Shown: piece by piece, positions 41,771 through 51,989 of the stretch
Numbering within the stretch: the first letter of the stretch is position 1
Layout: each line of letters opens with the position of its first letter
Assembly: GCA_963825135.1 (NCBI GenBank)
Contig: CAWGRW010000009.1
Location: 1,760,001-1,824,000 of the forward strand
Direction: 5' to 3'
From: an uncultured bacterium
Lineage (GTDB): Bacteria > Desulfobacterota_D > UBA1144 > Nemesobacterales > UBA2774
Length of the DNA stretch: 64,000 nucleotides
The notes under the pieces: generated by a model
What the model was told of the DNA's origin: nothing
The model's database searches: none
The model's input: only the letters and a program-made list of their open reading frames with translations
Program-made: the position numbers and the translations under genes

Positions 41771-42697
41771 ATGGTATACGTACACAACCTGACTAAGCGT
41801 TACGGCAGTCTCGTCGCGGTGGAAAACCTGTCATTTCAACTCGATAGGGGAGACGTTCTGGGTTTTCTCGGCCCGAATGGGGCCGGGAAAACGACGACCA
41901 TGCGCATTATTACGGGTTACATGCCCCCCACGAAGGGAACGGTCCACATCGAAGGCGTGGACATTTTCGACGACCCTATCCGGGCAAAAAAACTTATCGG
42001 GTATCTCCCGGAAAACCCGCCCCTTTATAACGATATGACAGTAGCCGAATACCTGGATTTCGTTGCCGATATAAAGCAGGTGAAGAGGAAGGAGAAGAAG
42101 AGCAAAATATTTTATGTCCTTGAAAAATGCGGTCTTTCCGAGGTGCGGAAACGTATAATAGGCCATCTCTCCAAGGGGTACAGGCAACGTGTCGGAATAG
42201 CGCAGGCGCTCGTCAACAACCCGTCGGTGCTTGTCCTCGATGAGCCCACGATCGGGCTCGATCCGGTGCAGATTATAGAGATAAGGGATCTGATAAAGAG
42301 CCTATCGGGCGAACGCACAGTCATACTGAGCACTCACATACTGCCTGAGGTCACGATGATATGCAGCAAGGTCGTGATAATCAACGAAGGAAAGATGGTG
42401 CTTGAGGAGTCGCTTCAAAACCTGTCCGAGGGTCTCAGGAATAGCCGGGAACTTTTACTCAGGGTCAGACAAAGCGGCGAAACTGTAAAAGAGAAGATTA
42501 TGTCGTTAAAAGGCGTCTCGGGGGTGAGGATGGGCTATTCGGGTGAATTCATCGTCACGCCGTCTGAAGGCAGGGAGATAAGGGAAGATATCGTAAGGAT
42601 CGTCATTGAAAACGATTTCGGTCTTCTCGAGTTGAGACCTCTGGTCAACACGCTTGAAGAGATATTTTTAAAAGTGATATCCTCTGAAGGAAGTTAG
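41771..42697 (+). CDS. ABC transporter ATP-binding protein (GldA-like)
   Basis: GPNGAGKTT, LSKGYRQRVG, LDEPTIGLDP, STH. Confidence 0.93.
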   Translation: MVYVHNLTKRYGSLVAVENLSFQLDRGDVLGFLGPNGAGKTTTMRIITGYMPPTKGTVHIEGVDIFDDPIRAKKLIGYLPENPPLYNDMTVAEYLDFVADIKQVKRKEKKSKIFYVLEKCGLSEVRKRIIGHLSKGYRQRVGIAQALVNNPSVLVLDEPTIGLDPVQIIEIRDLIKSLSGERTVILSTHILPEVTMICSKVVIINEGKMVLEESLQNLSEGLRNSRELLLRVRQSGETVKEKIMSLKGVSGVRMGYSGEFIVTPSEGREIREDIVRIVIENDFGLLELRPLVNTLEEIFLKVISSEGS

Positions 42698-43450
42698 ATG
42701 AAGGCGCTTTATACAATCGTAAAAAGGGAGATGAGGTCTTATTTCGCCTCACCGCTCGCGTATATAATCCTCGTCGTTTTTCAGGTTATTTCGGCAAGGT
42801 TCTTTTTCCTGTACCTCCAGGGGTTCCTGCTGTTCGAGCTCGATCCGAGCTACCAGCAGCAAACGGGCGAGCTTAATCTCAACAACCTCGTCGTGCTCCC
42901 GTACTTCGGGACCATAAGCATCGTTCTCCTCATGATAGTTCCGCTGATTACCATGAGACTGATAGCCGACGAGAAAAAGAACTATACCGCGGAGCTGCTT
43001 TTTACTTCGCCGGTGAGGATGAGCACGATAGTATTCGGGAAATACATCGCTTCCCTTATTCTTCTCATAATCATGCTCCTGCTATCGTCTGTTAATATCT
43101 TCGTATTGATGGTCCATGGGAATCCCGACTTCGGAGCTGTTCTCTCGGGCTATATTGGGCTGTTTCTGCTCGGCGCCTCGTTCCTGTCGGTCGGCATATT
43201 CGCTTCCTCTCTCACGGAGAACCAGCTCATTGCGGGCGTTATAAGTTTCGGCGTCCTCCTGCTTCTCTGGCTCGTGGGCGCGTTATCCGACGCCGAGAGT
43301 TCGGTGCTCGGGTACATATCGGTGATCAATCATTACGAGGACTTCAGCAAAGGATTAATAGAGCTGAAGGACGTCGTTTATTATCTGTCGTTGATTTTCC
43401 TCGGCCTCTTTCTCACCTACACGTCTCTTGAGTCGGAGAGGTGGAGATGA
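42698..43450 (+). CDS. ABC-2 permease (GldF-like)
   Basis: RE..SYF.SP.AY, PLITMRL.A.E, ASSLTENQ. Confidence 0.88.
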   Translation: MKALYTIVKREMRSYFASPLAYIILVVFQVISARFFFLYLQGFLLFELDPSYQQQTGELNLNNLVVLPYFGTISIVLLMIVPLITMRLIADEKKNYTAELLFTSPVRMSTIVFGKYIASLILLIIMLLLSSVNIFVLMVHGNPDFGAVLSGYIGLFLLGASFLSVGIFASSLTENQLIAGVISFGVLLLLWLVGALSDAESSVLGYISVINHYEDFSKGLIELKDVVYYLSLIFLGLFLTYTSLESERWR

Positions 43451-44808
43451 AAAAAAGGAAGCTTATTTACGGTACGAACGCTTTAATTTCCGTGTTAAGC
43501 GTCTGCGGGATTCTAATCATACTGAATTTTATATTCTTCAAATCGGACGTCAGGATCGATATGACCGAAGGCAAACTCTACACTGTCTCGGAACATACGG
43601 TCGGCGTTATCGAGAATGTCGACGGAGATGTCGAGGTCATGGCGTTCTTTAAGGATGTCGGCATGGACAGGAGCGAATTTCAGGACCTTATCAAGGAATA
43701 CACGAGGAGGTCCGGGAAGATAAAAGTCAGATACGTCAATCCGGACAAGGAACCGGGCATCGCCAAAAAGTATGATATCAAGGAATACGGCACTATCGTG
43801 CTCATCGACGGAGAACAGACGATAAAATTGAGACTGGCGGACCATATCTCCGGAGGGATTTTAAAGAACGCGGAGGAAGAGATTACGAACGCGCTCTTTA
43901 AGCTCAACAGGGTAGTGCATAAGACGGTTTATTTCCTCACGGGGCACGGTGAGCGCGATATTAACGACGAATTGGAGCCCGAGGGTTTGGGGTCGCTCAA
44001 AGGTGCTCTCAGGGACGAGGGTTATGAAATTAAGGAGTTCCTTTTGCTGAGAGGGGATCCGCTGCCTAAAAAAGATAGCGTTCTCATCGTGTCGGCTCCT
44101 AAGCAAGCGCTGTCTCTGAAAGAAATAAGCGACATCAAGGACTATCTCGATAAGGGGGGGAAAGCGATTTTCCTTATCGAGCCCAGGTCGGGGGGAGAGC
44201 TTGCTTCGATGCTAAAGAGCTACGGTTTTGCAATATCGAATGATATAATAATCGATCCCAGCTCCAAGCTTGAGGGGGGAGGGGACATAGCTCCGATAGT
44301 CGCCCAGTATGCGCATCACGATATCACCGAGGGCTTCAGGTTCGCTACAATATTCCCGTATTCAAGAAGCATTGACGTCGTAGACCAGAACGATATCGAC
44401 CTGACCGTGCTGGCGCATACCGGCGAATACAGCTGGTCGGAATCAAATTTCGAGCTTTTCGATCAGGGCGTTGCGCAGCAAGAAGAAGGGGATAAGAAAG
44501 GACCGCTGGGAGTGGCTGCGGTCGAAGAAGACGAACATAATTCCAGAATTGCTGTTTTCGGAAGCGTGGATTTCGTTTCAAATATTTTTATTGATTTTTC
44601 GGGCAACAGGGACTTCTTCCTCAATACCGTTAACTGGGTATCGGGCGATGAGAATCTGATCTCAATAAGGCCGAGAGCGGCTAAAGAAGGGAAATTAACG
44701 ATTACGAAGAAGCAGACTAATGTTATATTTTTCTTTACCGTGGTATTGATACCAGCCGTCATCTTTTTTTCCGGTATCGGCATCTGGTGGAAGAGGAGAA
44801 GGCTGTAA
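43447..44808 (+). CDS. ABC accessory protein (GldG-like)
   Basis: RIDMTEGKLYTVS, YFLTGHGE, N.DFFLN.VNW, C-terminal TM plus WWKRR. Confidence 0.88.
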   Translation: MKKRKLIYGTNALISVLSVCGILIILNFIFFKSDVRIDMTEGKLYTVSEHTVGVIENVDGDVEVMAFFKDVGMDRSEFQDLIKEYTRRSGKIKVRYVNPDKEPGIAKKYDIKEYGTIVLIDGEQTIKLRLADHISGGILKNAEEEITNALFKLNRVVHKTVYFLTGHGERDINDELEPEGLGSLKGALRDEGYEIKEFLLLRGDPLPKKDSVLIVSAPKQALSLKEISDIKDYLDKGGKAIFLIEPRSGGELASMLKSYGFAISNDIIIDPSSKLEGGGDIAPIVAQYAHHDITEGFRFATIFPYSRSIDVVDQNDIDLTVLAHTGEYSWSESNFELFDQGVAQQEEGDKKGPLGVAAVEEDEHNSRIAVFGSVDFVSNIFIDFSGNRDFFLNTVNWVSGDENLISIRPRAAKEGKLTITKKQTNVIFFFTVVLIPAVIFFSGIGIWWKRRRL

Positions 44809-44876
44809 AACTTTTCTCAATCGGTATCTGCTTTCCGTTGAATGCCTGTGATAACAGAGGGAGTTGAGCCTATAAA

Positions 44877-45815
44877 TTGATCACCTATTTAAAGAGATTC
44901 GCGGGCACGGTAATCGCATTAGTCATCTTCCTGATCCTTCTCGGATCGGTCCTGCTCTTCAACAGGGACAAACAAACCGAAAATAATCTGGAAAAGGTCT
45001 TCCCCGGCATAAAATCGGAGGAGATTACATCGATCGACATAAAGTCCGCCGGCTCCGAATTCTCGCTTGAAAAAAACGATAGCGGCTGGCTCCTTAAAAG
45101 CGGCTCTAAACGGCTCAAAGCCGACACTGTCGCGGTCGAAAATCTGATCCGGGATATAAAGGAGATGGAGGTTGAGAAACTCGTCTCGCGTGAATCGAAT
45201 AACCTGAATGAATACGGGATGGTGGAGTCGGAGTCTGAATTCTCTTTCCATACGAAGGACAAGGAATATCCCGTGATTGTTGGCGACAAGAGTCCGGTCG
45301 GATCGGGAATATATATATACGACCTGGGCGAGGGCAGGGTGCTCATCGTCAAAGACCGGTATCTTTGGGGATTCCTCGATAAAAAGCCGGGCGATTTCAG
45401 GGAAAGGAAATTACTGGCGATGGATAAGGACACGGTCACCCGGGTATCTGTTAAAGTCGGCAATTTGAATATGGAGATGGTCAGGAAAGAAGGTAGGTGG
45501 CTGGAAGTAACGGACAATAGCAGCCACTTAGTTGATCAAAAGAAAGTAGGAGTGCTGCTCGACTCGTTTTCGGAGCTTAAGGCTGAAGGGTTTGAAGACG
45601 ACGAGCCTGCAGATTTAAACAAGTACGGATTGCTCGATCCGACTGCCGAAATTGTGTTTTATGCCGAAGGACGGGAAGAGGGCGTCGTATTCGGAAAAAG
45701 AAAGGATGAAGTGGACTACTATATTAAACTCCGGAATGAAGCCCCCGTTTTTTCCGTTTCAAAAGATTATTTCAAGATACTGCCGAAGAACGGCGAAGAG
45801 TTTTTGATTCGATAA
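44877..45815 (+). CDS. DUF4340-like membrane-anchored protein
   Basis: N-terminal TM, two repeats with W..AD/L..YG(L/M) patterns; usual position after GldG-like genes. Confidence 0.75.
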   Translation: MITYLKRFAGTVIALVIFLILLGSVLLFNRDKQTENNLEKVFPGIKSEEITSIDIKSAGSEFSLEKNDSGWLLKSGSKRLKADTVAVENLIRDIKEMEVEKLVSRESNNLNEYGMVESESEFSFHTKDKEYPVIVGDKSPVGSGIYIYDLGEGRVLIVKDRYLWGFLDKKPGDFRERKLLAMDKDTVTRVSVKVGNLNMEMVRKEGRWLEVTDNSSHLVDQKKVGVLLDSFSELKAEGFEDDEPADLNKYGLLDPTAEIVFYAEGREEGVVFGKRKDEVDYYIKLRNEAPVFSVSKDYFKILPKNGEEFLIR

Positions 45816-45904
45816 GGCTGTTCTTGGGGGCATTTCAACACCTGAGGCCGTCAATGATCGTTAATTTGGATTCTTTTGCCCTCCGGTCGGCAGCCCGGCA
45901 CGGA

Positions 45905-47713
45905 TTAGCCGTCCTGTTTTTTATCCTTATTTTTAATATCGAGCTTTAATCCCAGCTCGAGGAGCTGGCCCGGTTCAACCGCGGACGGAGCTTCGGTGAG
46001 AGGGCATACCCCTTTCTGTGTCTTCGGGAACGCGATTACGTCCCTTATGGAGCTTGCGCCGGTAATAAGCATCACGATCCTGTCGAGTCCGAGAGCGATT
46101 CCTCCGTGGGGAGGAGCGCCAAATTCGAGCGCTTCGAGGAGGAACCCGAATTTCTCCCTGGCCTGCTCCGCGGTGAGGCCTATCGTGTGGAAGAGTTTCT
46201 CCTGTATGTCCTTCTGGAAAATTCTAATGCTCCCCCCGCCTATTTCGACCCCGTTCAGCACGACGTCGTATGCCCTCGACCTGATCTTTCCCTTTTCCGA
46301 ATCGAGCAGATCAATGTCTTCCTCCCTGGGAGACGTGAACGGGTGGTGCATGGCGACGTATCGTTTTTCCGTGTGGTCGAAATCGAGAAGCGGGAAATCC
46401 TCCACCCATAGGAAATCTAACCTCTCTCGGTCAATCATACCGAGCCTTTCCCCGAGCTCAAGCCTAAGGTGGGAAAGCACCATGTTTACCAAATACGGCG
46501 TATCCGCCGCGAAAAAAACTATATCGCCTTCTCCGAGGCTGAGTTTTTTTTGTAAATCCTCTTTTTCCTTGTCGCTCAGGAATTTAATGATCGGGGACTG
46601 CCATTCGTCTCCCGAAACTCGAATCCACGCGAGACCCTTCGCTCCGAGAGACTTCGCTGTATCTCCGAGGTCGTCAATCTCCTTTCTCGAAAGCTCGCCC
46701 GCCTTCCCGGCGAGCTTGAGGGCTTTAATAATGCCGCCCTTTTTTATCGCCCCGCTGAATACCTGGAACCCGGAGTCCCTGAATATCTCGGTCAGCTCCT
46801 CGAGCTCGAGCCCGAACCTCGTATCCGGCTTGTCGGACCCGTATCTGAGCATCGCTTCTTCGTGCTTCATTCGTTTAAACGGTACGGGAATGTCCACTCC
46901 TTTTGCTTCCCTGAATATCGCTTTGAGTATGCCTTCTACTACCGACATGATATCGTTCTCGTCCGCGTACGACATTTCGAGGTCTATCTGTGTAAATTCC
47001 GGCTGGCGGTCGGCCCTCAGGTCTTCGTCCCGGAAGCAGCGCACTATCTGGTAATACCTGTCGAGCCCCGATATCATGAGAGTCTGCTTCAGCAGCTGCG
47101 GGGATTGCGGCAGTGCATAGAACTCACCCGGGTTGAGCCTGCTGGGAACGAGGAAGTCCCTCGCCCCTTCTGGCGTCGACCTTGTAAGATAAGGCGTTTC
47201 CACCTCTATAAACCCCTCACTGTTCAGGTAATTTCTCGTAGCGGCGGCCGCCTTGTGCCGCGTTACGATATTATCCTTCATATTGGGGCGTCTGAGGTCG
47301 AGGTACCTGTGTTTTAATCTCAGCAATTCGTCTACCTTTACTTCGTTCTCTATGAGAAACGGCAGGGGCTTCGAAGTGTTGAGTATCCTGAGGTCGCTCG
47401 CTATTATCTCGATCTCACCCGTCGGCAGATTCGGGTTGATCGTCTCGGCGGGGCGGCTCGTTACCTTTCCCGTGACGGCGATGACCCATTCGTCGCGGAG
47501 CGCGGAGGCCTTTTCATGTATTTCCCTGTTGGTCTGAGGATTGAATACGATCTGTACCAATCCTTCCCTGTCCCTCAAATCGATGAATATAACGCCGCCG
47601 TGGTCCCTGTTCGATTGGACCCAGCCCATGAGCACGACATCGCGGCCGATATCCTTGGCCCTCAGTACTCCGCAATAGTCCGTTCTCTTCCAATCTCCCA
47701 TATGTTCAAGCAT
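45905..47713 (-). CDS. aspS: Aspartate--tRNA ligase
   Basis: RDHGGVIFIDLRD, RSTPEGARDFLVPSR, CFRDEDLRADRQPEFTQ, GAPPHGGIALGLDR. Confidence 0.98.
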   Translation of the reverse strand: MLEHMGDWKRTDYCGVLRAKDIGRDVVLMGWVQSNRDHGGVIFIDLRDREGLVQIVFNPQTNREIHEKASALRDEWVIAVTGKVTSRPAETINPNLPTGEIEIIASDLRILNTSKPLPFLIENEVKVDELLRLKHRYLDLRRPNMKDNIVTRHKAAAATRNYLNSEGFIEVETPYLTRSTPEGARDFLVPSRLNPGEFYALPQSPQLLKQTLMISGLDRYYQIVRCFRDEDLRADRQPEFTQIDLEMSYADENDIMSVVEGILKAIFREAKGVDIPVPFKRMKHEEAMLRYGSDKPDTRFGLELEELTEIFRDSGFQVFSGAIKKGGIIKALKLAGKAGELSRKEIDDLGDTAKSLGAKGLAWIRVSGDEWQSPIIKFLSDKEKEDLQKKLSLGEGDIVFFAADTPYLVNMVLSHLRLELGERLGMIDRERLDFLWVEDFPLLDFDHTEKRYVAMHHPFTSPREEDIDLLDSEKGKIRSRAYDVVLNGVEIGGGSIRIFQKDIQEKLFHTIGLTAEQAREKFGFLLEALEFGAPPHGGIALGLDRIVMLITGASSIRDVIAFPKTQKGVCPLTEAPSAVEPGQLLELGLKLDIKNKDKKQDG

Positions 47714-47937
47714 TTGAAAAGCTCCTTTAAAACGTATGTGCCTCTAATGACCAGAAATCTTAACCTTTGTGAAGGATTTGGCAAGAATGTGAGAGTCGGT
47801 GCTTCATGGGAATAGTTTTCGGGTCGGGAAGGCTAAATTCAGGTCCCTGGCTAAGACAGGCAAGTGGGTTTACTATTGTAGGGTGCGGAGCAATCATAGT
47901 GATCTTACATAAATGATCTTCAGGAGATGACCATACG

Positions 47938-49428
47938 ATGACTGTCAATCAGCTTGCCGCCCCGGCAGCCGTCCGTAACTATATCAGAAGCAATCTTCCG
48001 CTATTATTGATTTTCTTGCTTGGATTGTTCCTGAGGATTTATCATCTCGGCACCGAGAGCATGTGGCTTGACGAGATCTACTCGGTTGACATGTCCCGTC
48101 TCGGCCCAATAAGCATCGTAAAAGAAATACTACGCCAGGGTGAAAGTTCTCCCCCTTTATATTATGCGCTTCTCCATTACTGGGTAATTGTTTTTGGTGA
48201 CTCTGAATTCGCTTCGAGATTGTTCTCGGTCATACCGGGGTCACTTTCGGTGCTTCTGATATATAAATTCAGCAAGGAGCTTTTTAACAGGAACGCCGGC
48301 TTGATGGCTGCGTTAATTATGGCCGTCTCGGTTTACCAAATCAAATACTCCCAGGAAGCGCGGACCTATTCGCTAATCGTTTTCCTGATGCTGCTCAGTA
48401 ATTATTTGTTCCTGAGATTATTAAGCGGTTATAGATTCAAATACGCTCTGGGTTATATCTTCGTCACCGCGGCCCTCATATACGCTCACTATTACTCGGT
48501 GTTTTATGTTGCGGCTCAGAATATTTATATGTTCACGAAGCTGATCCTGAACCCGAGGGGGGAATGGCCGGCATTTAAGCGGTGGATAGCATTGCAACTT
48601 ATGCTTTTTGTAGTTTTGCTGCCGGAGCTAATGCTGTTAAGAAGGGCGGACGCAATACACGAAGGATTCTGGCGCGCAAGACCGAGTATACACACTGTCA
48701 TATACACTATTGTGCAGTTCTCCGGTTCTCTCCCGCTCCTGATTCTCTTTTTCGTACTGTCTGTGTATACGGTGGTAAGCGCAATCAGGGCCGATTATAA
48801 AAATACGCTCGCAGAGCCCGTTGGCCGCACAGGCGGCCCTACCAAAGACTCGCCTTTTTCCAATAAAATAGACAGGATTTACTTTTTGATCGTTCTGCTA
48901 TTCGCCCCTATTATACTTGCCTATATCGTTTCCATGATTTTTAACCCGATTTTTGGCGACCGCTATTTAATTGGTGCTTCCCCAGCCCTGTATATTCTGG
49001 TCGCGGCGGGGATCGACAATCTGGGGTTCAGGAAGCTTAAAGTTCTTGCCGTTGTTTTAGTGGTATGTCTCTCCCTTTTCCGAATTTATCGATATTATCT
49101 AACCGTCGATAAGCATCAGTGGAGGGAGGCAGTCCATTATATAGAGGAGAATGCATCCCCCGGAGATATGGTTATGGTTTCCCCGGATTTCGAGCTGATC
49201 TCTCTGGAATATTATTTAAAAAGAAATGATCTCAAGGCAGTTGCGTTGTCCGAGCAATCTAGTCTCGATTTCGGTCTGAAAAGCGGGAAGGTCTGGGTTG
49301 TCTGCCCTTATCACGGTGGTCAGGATGCTCCGGTAGACGAGGACAGCCTAAAACAATATAATAAGCTCCTCTCCGAAAAAGATTTTAACAAAATAAAGGT
49401 ATATCTTTTGACCGGGAAATCTGATTAA
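47938..49428 (+). CDS. GT-C glycosyltransferase (GT39/PMT_2-like), paralog 1
   Basis: ESMWLDE, PPLYY, SEFASR, SQEARTY, HYY. Confidence 0.85.
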   Translation: MTVNQLAAPAAVRNYIRSNLPLLLIFLLGLFLRIYHLGTESMWLDEIYSVDMSRLGPISIVKEILRQGESSPPLYYALLHYWVIVFGDSEFASRLFSVIPGSLSVLLIYKFSKELFNRNAGLMAALIMAVSVYQIKYSQEARTYSLIVFLMLLSNYLFLRLLSGYRFKYALGYIFVTAALIYAHYYSVFYVAAQNIYMFTKLILNPRGEWPAFKRWIALQLMLFVVLLPELMLLRRADAIHEGFWRARPSIHTVIYTIVQFSGSLPLLILFFVLSVYTVVSAIRADYKNTLAEPVGRTGGPTKDSPFSNKIDRIYFLIVLLFAPIILAYIVSMIFNPIFGDRYLIGASPALYILVAAGIDNLGFRKLKVLAVVLVVCLSLFRIYRYYLTVDKHQWREAVHYIEENASPGDMVMVSPDFELISLEYYLKRNDLKAVALSEQSSLDFGLKSGKVWVVCPYHGGQDAPVDEDSLKQYNKLLSEKDFNKIKVYLLTGKSD

Positions 49429-49545
49429 AATCGGGAATCTCTCGGATCGGGATGAGTGCTCGCCTAATGCGCGGCGTTCTAAATTTATGCATATGGGATA
49501 AATATAAAGATGGCCGCGGTTCGAAAGGCCGGACTCTAACGAATA

Positions 49546-51042
49546 ATGAAAATACAGCCACTGGATGGGCCGGTTTCCGGTTTCATAAGAAATAATCCTC
49601 TTTTATTTGTGATATTTCTTCTGGGTTTGTTTCTCAGGCTTTATAATCTCGGCGCTGAAAGCGTATGGTTCGATGAAGCGGTTTCTATCGCGGCGGCGAA
49701 GCTCGGGTTTCTCGATCAGATAAGATGGAGCTTAGCCGAGAGTGATAAGAATCCCCCTTTTTACTATGCCTTTCTCCGCGTATGGGTTCTCATGTTCGGC
49801 GACTCCGAATTCTCCGTCAGGCTCCCCTCGGCTATTTTCGGTTCGTGCAGCATACTGTTTATTTACAAAGTCGTCAGGCTGCTCTACACCAGAAAGGCGG
49901 CCTTGCTCGCGGCGCTCGTCCTTGCCGTTTCCGTATTTCACATCCGGTTCTCTCAGGAAGGAAGGGCGTATAGTCTATCGGCACTTCTCACTCTCCTTTC
50001 CTTTTATTTCTTTTTAAAGAGCGCCTCAGAGAGAAAGCGGATCAATTCAATAGGATATGTCATATCGAGCGCGCTCTTGATTTACACCCACTATTACGGC
50101 CTTTTCATTATCCTTTCTCAAAACATCTTCTGCGCGTGGCAATATTTAGCGCGCCGGGAATCCGTAGTGCCCGACTTTAAAAAATGGATGGCTCTTCAGT
50201 TTATTCTTGGGATTTTGTATATCCCGGGACTATATATCTTGTATCGGCATTCGATCGGAATTCAAAAAGGGTTCTGGCTCTCCCCTCCCACTTTAAAGGT
50301 CTTATACGACTGCTTCGTGTTGTATTCGGGATCGACGTATCTGCTGATATTGCTCGCCGCGCTCTCAATATTGGCCTTTGTCAATATCAGGGGGGCGAGC
50401 ATCTCCGGGTATTTTAGAGGGGTCTCCGAAGCCTCGGCTCACAAACCGGAGGAAAGCGGCGCATCATATGGAAGAAGCGTGATTCTCCTCCTTCTATGGT
50501 TGATAGTTCCACTGGCCGTGCCTTTCCTGATATCGCTTGTTTCGACTCCGATTTTTTTCTACAGATACACGATCGTCGGGTCTCTCGCATTCTATATCCT
50601 CGCTTCAGTCGGGACGGTAAGGACGGGCGGCAAGAGGTTCCTTCTTCTCGCTGCGGGATTAGTTCTAATTTTTTCTTCCGTTAATATTTTCGGATATTAT
50701 GAACTGGTGGATAAGCCCGACTGGAGGTCCGGCATAGGCTATATCGAATCCAGGGCCGGCGCAGGAGATGTTATAGTTTCATACCCATGGTACGAAACGG
50801 AAGCGGCCGGTTACTATGCGGCACGAGGCGATTTGGCGATAATACCGCTCACGGACGAATTTTACTCCCCCGCCGATACGGGGGACAATGAATTCTGGCT
50901 CGTATTGTGCGACCGCTGGAAGGACGACGTAGGAAACAATAAGGGGATTATCGAAAAGAGAATCGGGGAGAGCTACGACGTTCTGGAGATGAAAGAATTC
51001 CCGTACCTCTACATCTATCGTCTCAGGTATAAAAAAGAATGA
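49546..51042 (+). CDS. GT-C glycosyltransferase (GT39/PMT_2-like), paralog 2
   Basis: ESVWFDE, NPPFYY, SEFSVRLPS, SQEGRAY, THYYG. Confidence 0.85.
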   Translation: MKIQPLDGPVSGFIRNNPLLFVIFLLGLFLRLYNLGAESVWFDEAVSIAAAKLGFLDQIRWSLAESDKNPPFYYAFLRVWVLMFGDSEFSVRLPSAIFGSCSILFIYKVVRLLYTRKAALLAALVLAVSVFHIRFSQEGRAYSLSALLTLLSFYFFLKSASERKRINSIGYVISSALLIYTHYYGLFIILSQNIFCAWQYLARRESVVPDFKKWMALQFILGILYIPGLYILYRHSIGIQKGFWLSPPTLKVLYDCFVLYSGSTYLLILLAALSILAFVNIRGASISGYFRGVSEASAHKPEESGASYGRSVILLLLWLIVPLAVPFLISLVSTPIFFYRYTIVGSLAFYILASVGTVRTGGKRFLLLAAGLVLIFSSVNIFGYYELVDKPDWRSGIGYIESRAGAGDVIVSYPWYETEAAGYYAARGDLAIIPLTDEFYSPADTGDNEFWLVLCDRWKDDVGNNKGIIEKRIGESYDVLEMKEFPYLYIYRLRYKKE

Positions 51043-51089
51043 ATAGACGGGCGTGAAAATACATTTTATTTCCAGAGGGTGATCGGTTT

Positions 51090-51986
51090 ATGGCAAACGA
51101 AATTAAGTTCAGGTCGGGTTTCATAACGGTAGTCGGACGGCCCAACGTGGGTAAGTCGACACTGATTAACGCGGTTACGGGCATGAAAATAGCGGCCGTA
51201 TCTGATAAGCCCAATACGACGAGGAATAGAATACTCGGAATCAAGACGCTCCCGGACGCGCAACTCGTATTTATCGATACCCCGGGAATACATAAAGCCA
51301 GGGGAAAACTGGGCAAGGCAATGGTTCATACCGCAATGGCTGCGATCGAAGAAGCGGACGTGATTTTGATGATGATCGAAGTCAAGGAACCTTTCGGGAG
51401 AGGGGATCGCTTCATCATCGAGAATCTCCCGAAACCCTCCATCCTGATTCTAAATAAGATCGATACCGTAAATAAAAGCGAGATACTGGGAATAATCGAC
51501 GAATCGAGGAGATTTGAAGGAAAATTCCTTGAGGTTATCCCCATTTCGGCGAGAAATTCGGACGGCATCGACGATCTCTTGGCGACGATTGTAAAATACA
51601 TGCCCGAGGGGCCTAAATATTTCCCCGAAGATATGGTAACGGACCAGCCCGAAAGGTTTCTGGCCGCGGAGTTTATCAGGGAGAAGATTTTCCAATTAAC
51701 GAAACAGGAGATACCTTACAAAACCGCTGTAGTTATCGAGGAATTTAAAGACGAGCCCGAGAAGGGACTCGTCCGGATATCGGCCGTTATATATGTCGAG
51801 AGGAACAACCATAAGGGGATCATCATTGGAAAGAAGGGAGAGATGCTGAAGGAGATAGGCAGCCTTGCGCGCGGGGACATGGAAAGAGTGCTCGGGGCGA
51901 GGGTCTTCCTCGAGCTCTGGGTGAAGGTAAGTGAAGGATGGACGGAAAGGGAGAACCTGATTAAGGATTACGGATACGGCGTCTGA
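51090..51986 (+). CDS. era: GTPase Era
   Basis: GRPNVGKST, TTR, DTPG, NKID, KH-domain IIIGKKG. Confidence 0.97.
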   Translation: MANEIKFRSGFITVVGRPNVGKSTLINAVTGMKIAAVSDKPNTTRNRILGIKTLPDAQLVFIDTPGIHKARGKLGKAMVHTAMAAIEEADVILMMIEVKEPFGRGDRFIIENLPKPSILILNKIDTVNKSEILGIIDESRRFEGKFLEVIPISARNSDGIDDLLATIVKYMPEGPKYFPEDMVTDQPERFLAAEFIREKIFQLTKQEIPYKTAVVIEEFKDEPEKGLVRISAVIYVERNNHKGIIIGKKGEMLKEIGSLARGDMERVLGARVFLELWVKVSEGWTERENLIKDYGYGV

Positions 51987-51989
51987 TAC

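Noticed and set aside
45996..47054. 352-aa ORF antisense to aspS, and similar shadows over trxB, recG, mrdA and the FrhB-like gene
   Set aside because: Ser/Pro-rich mirror-frame translations with no independent coding evidence
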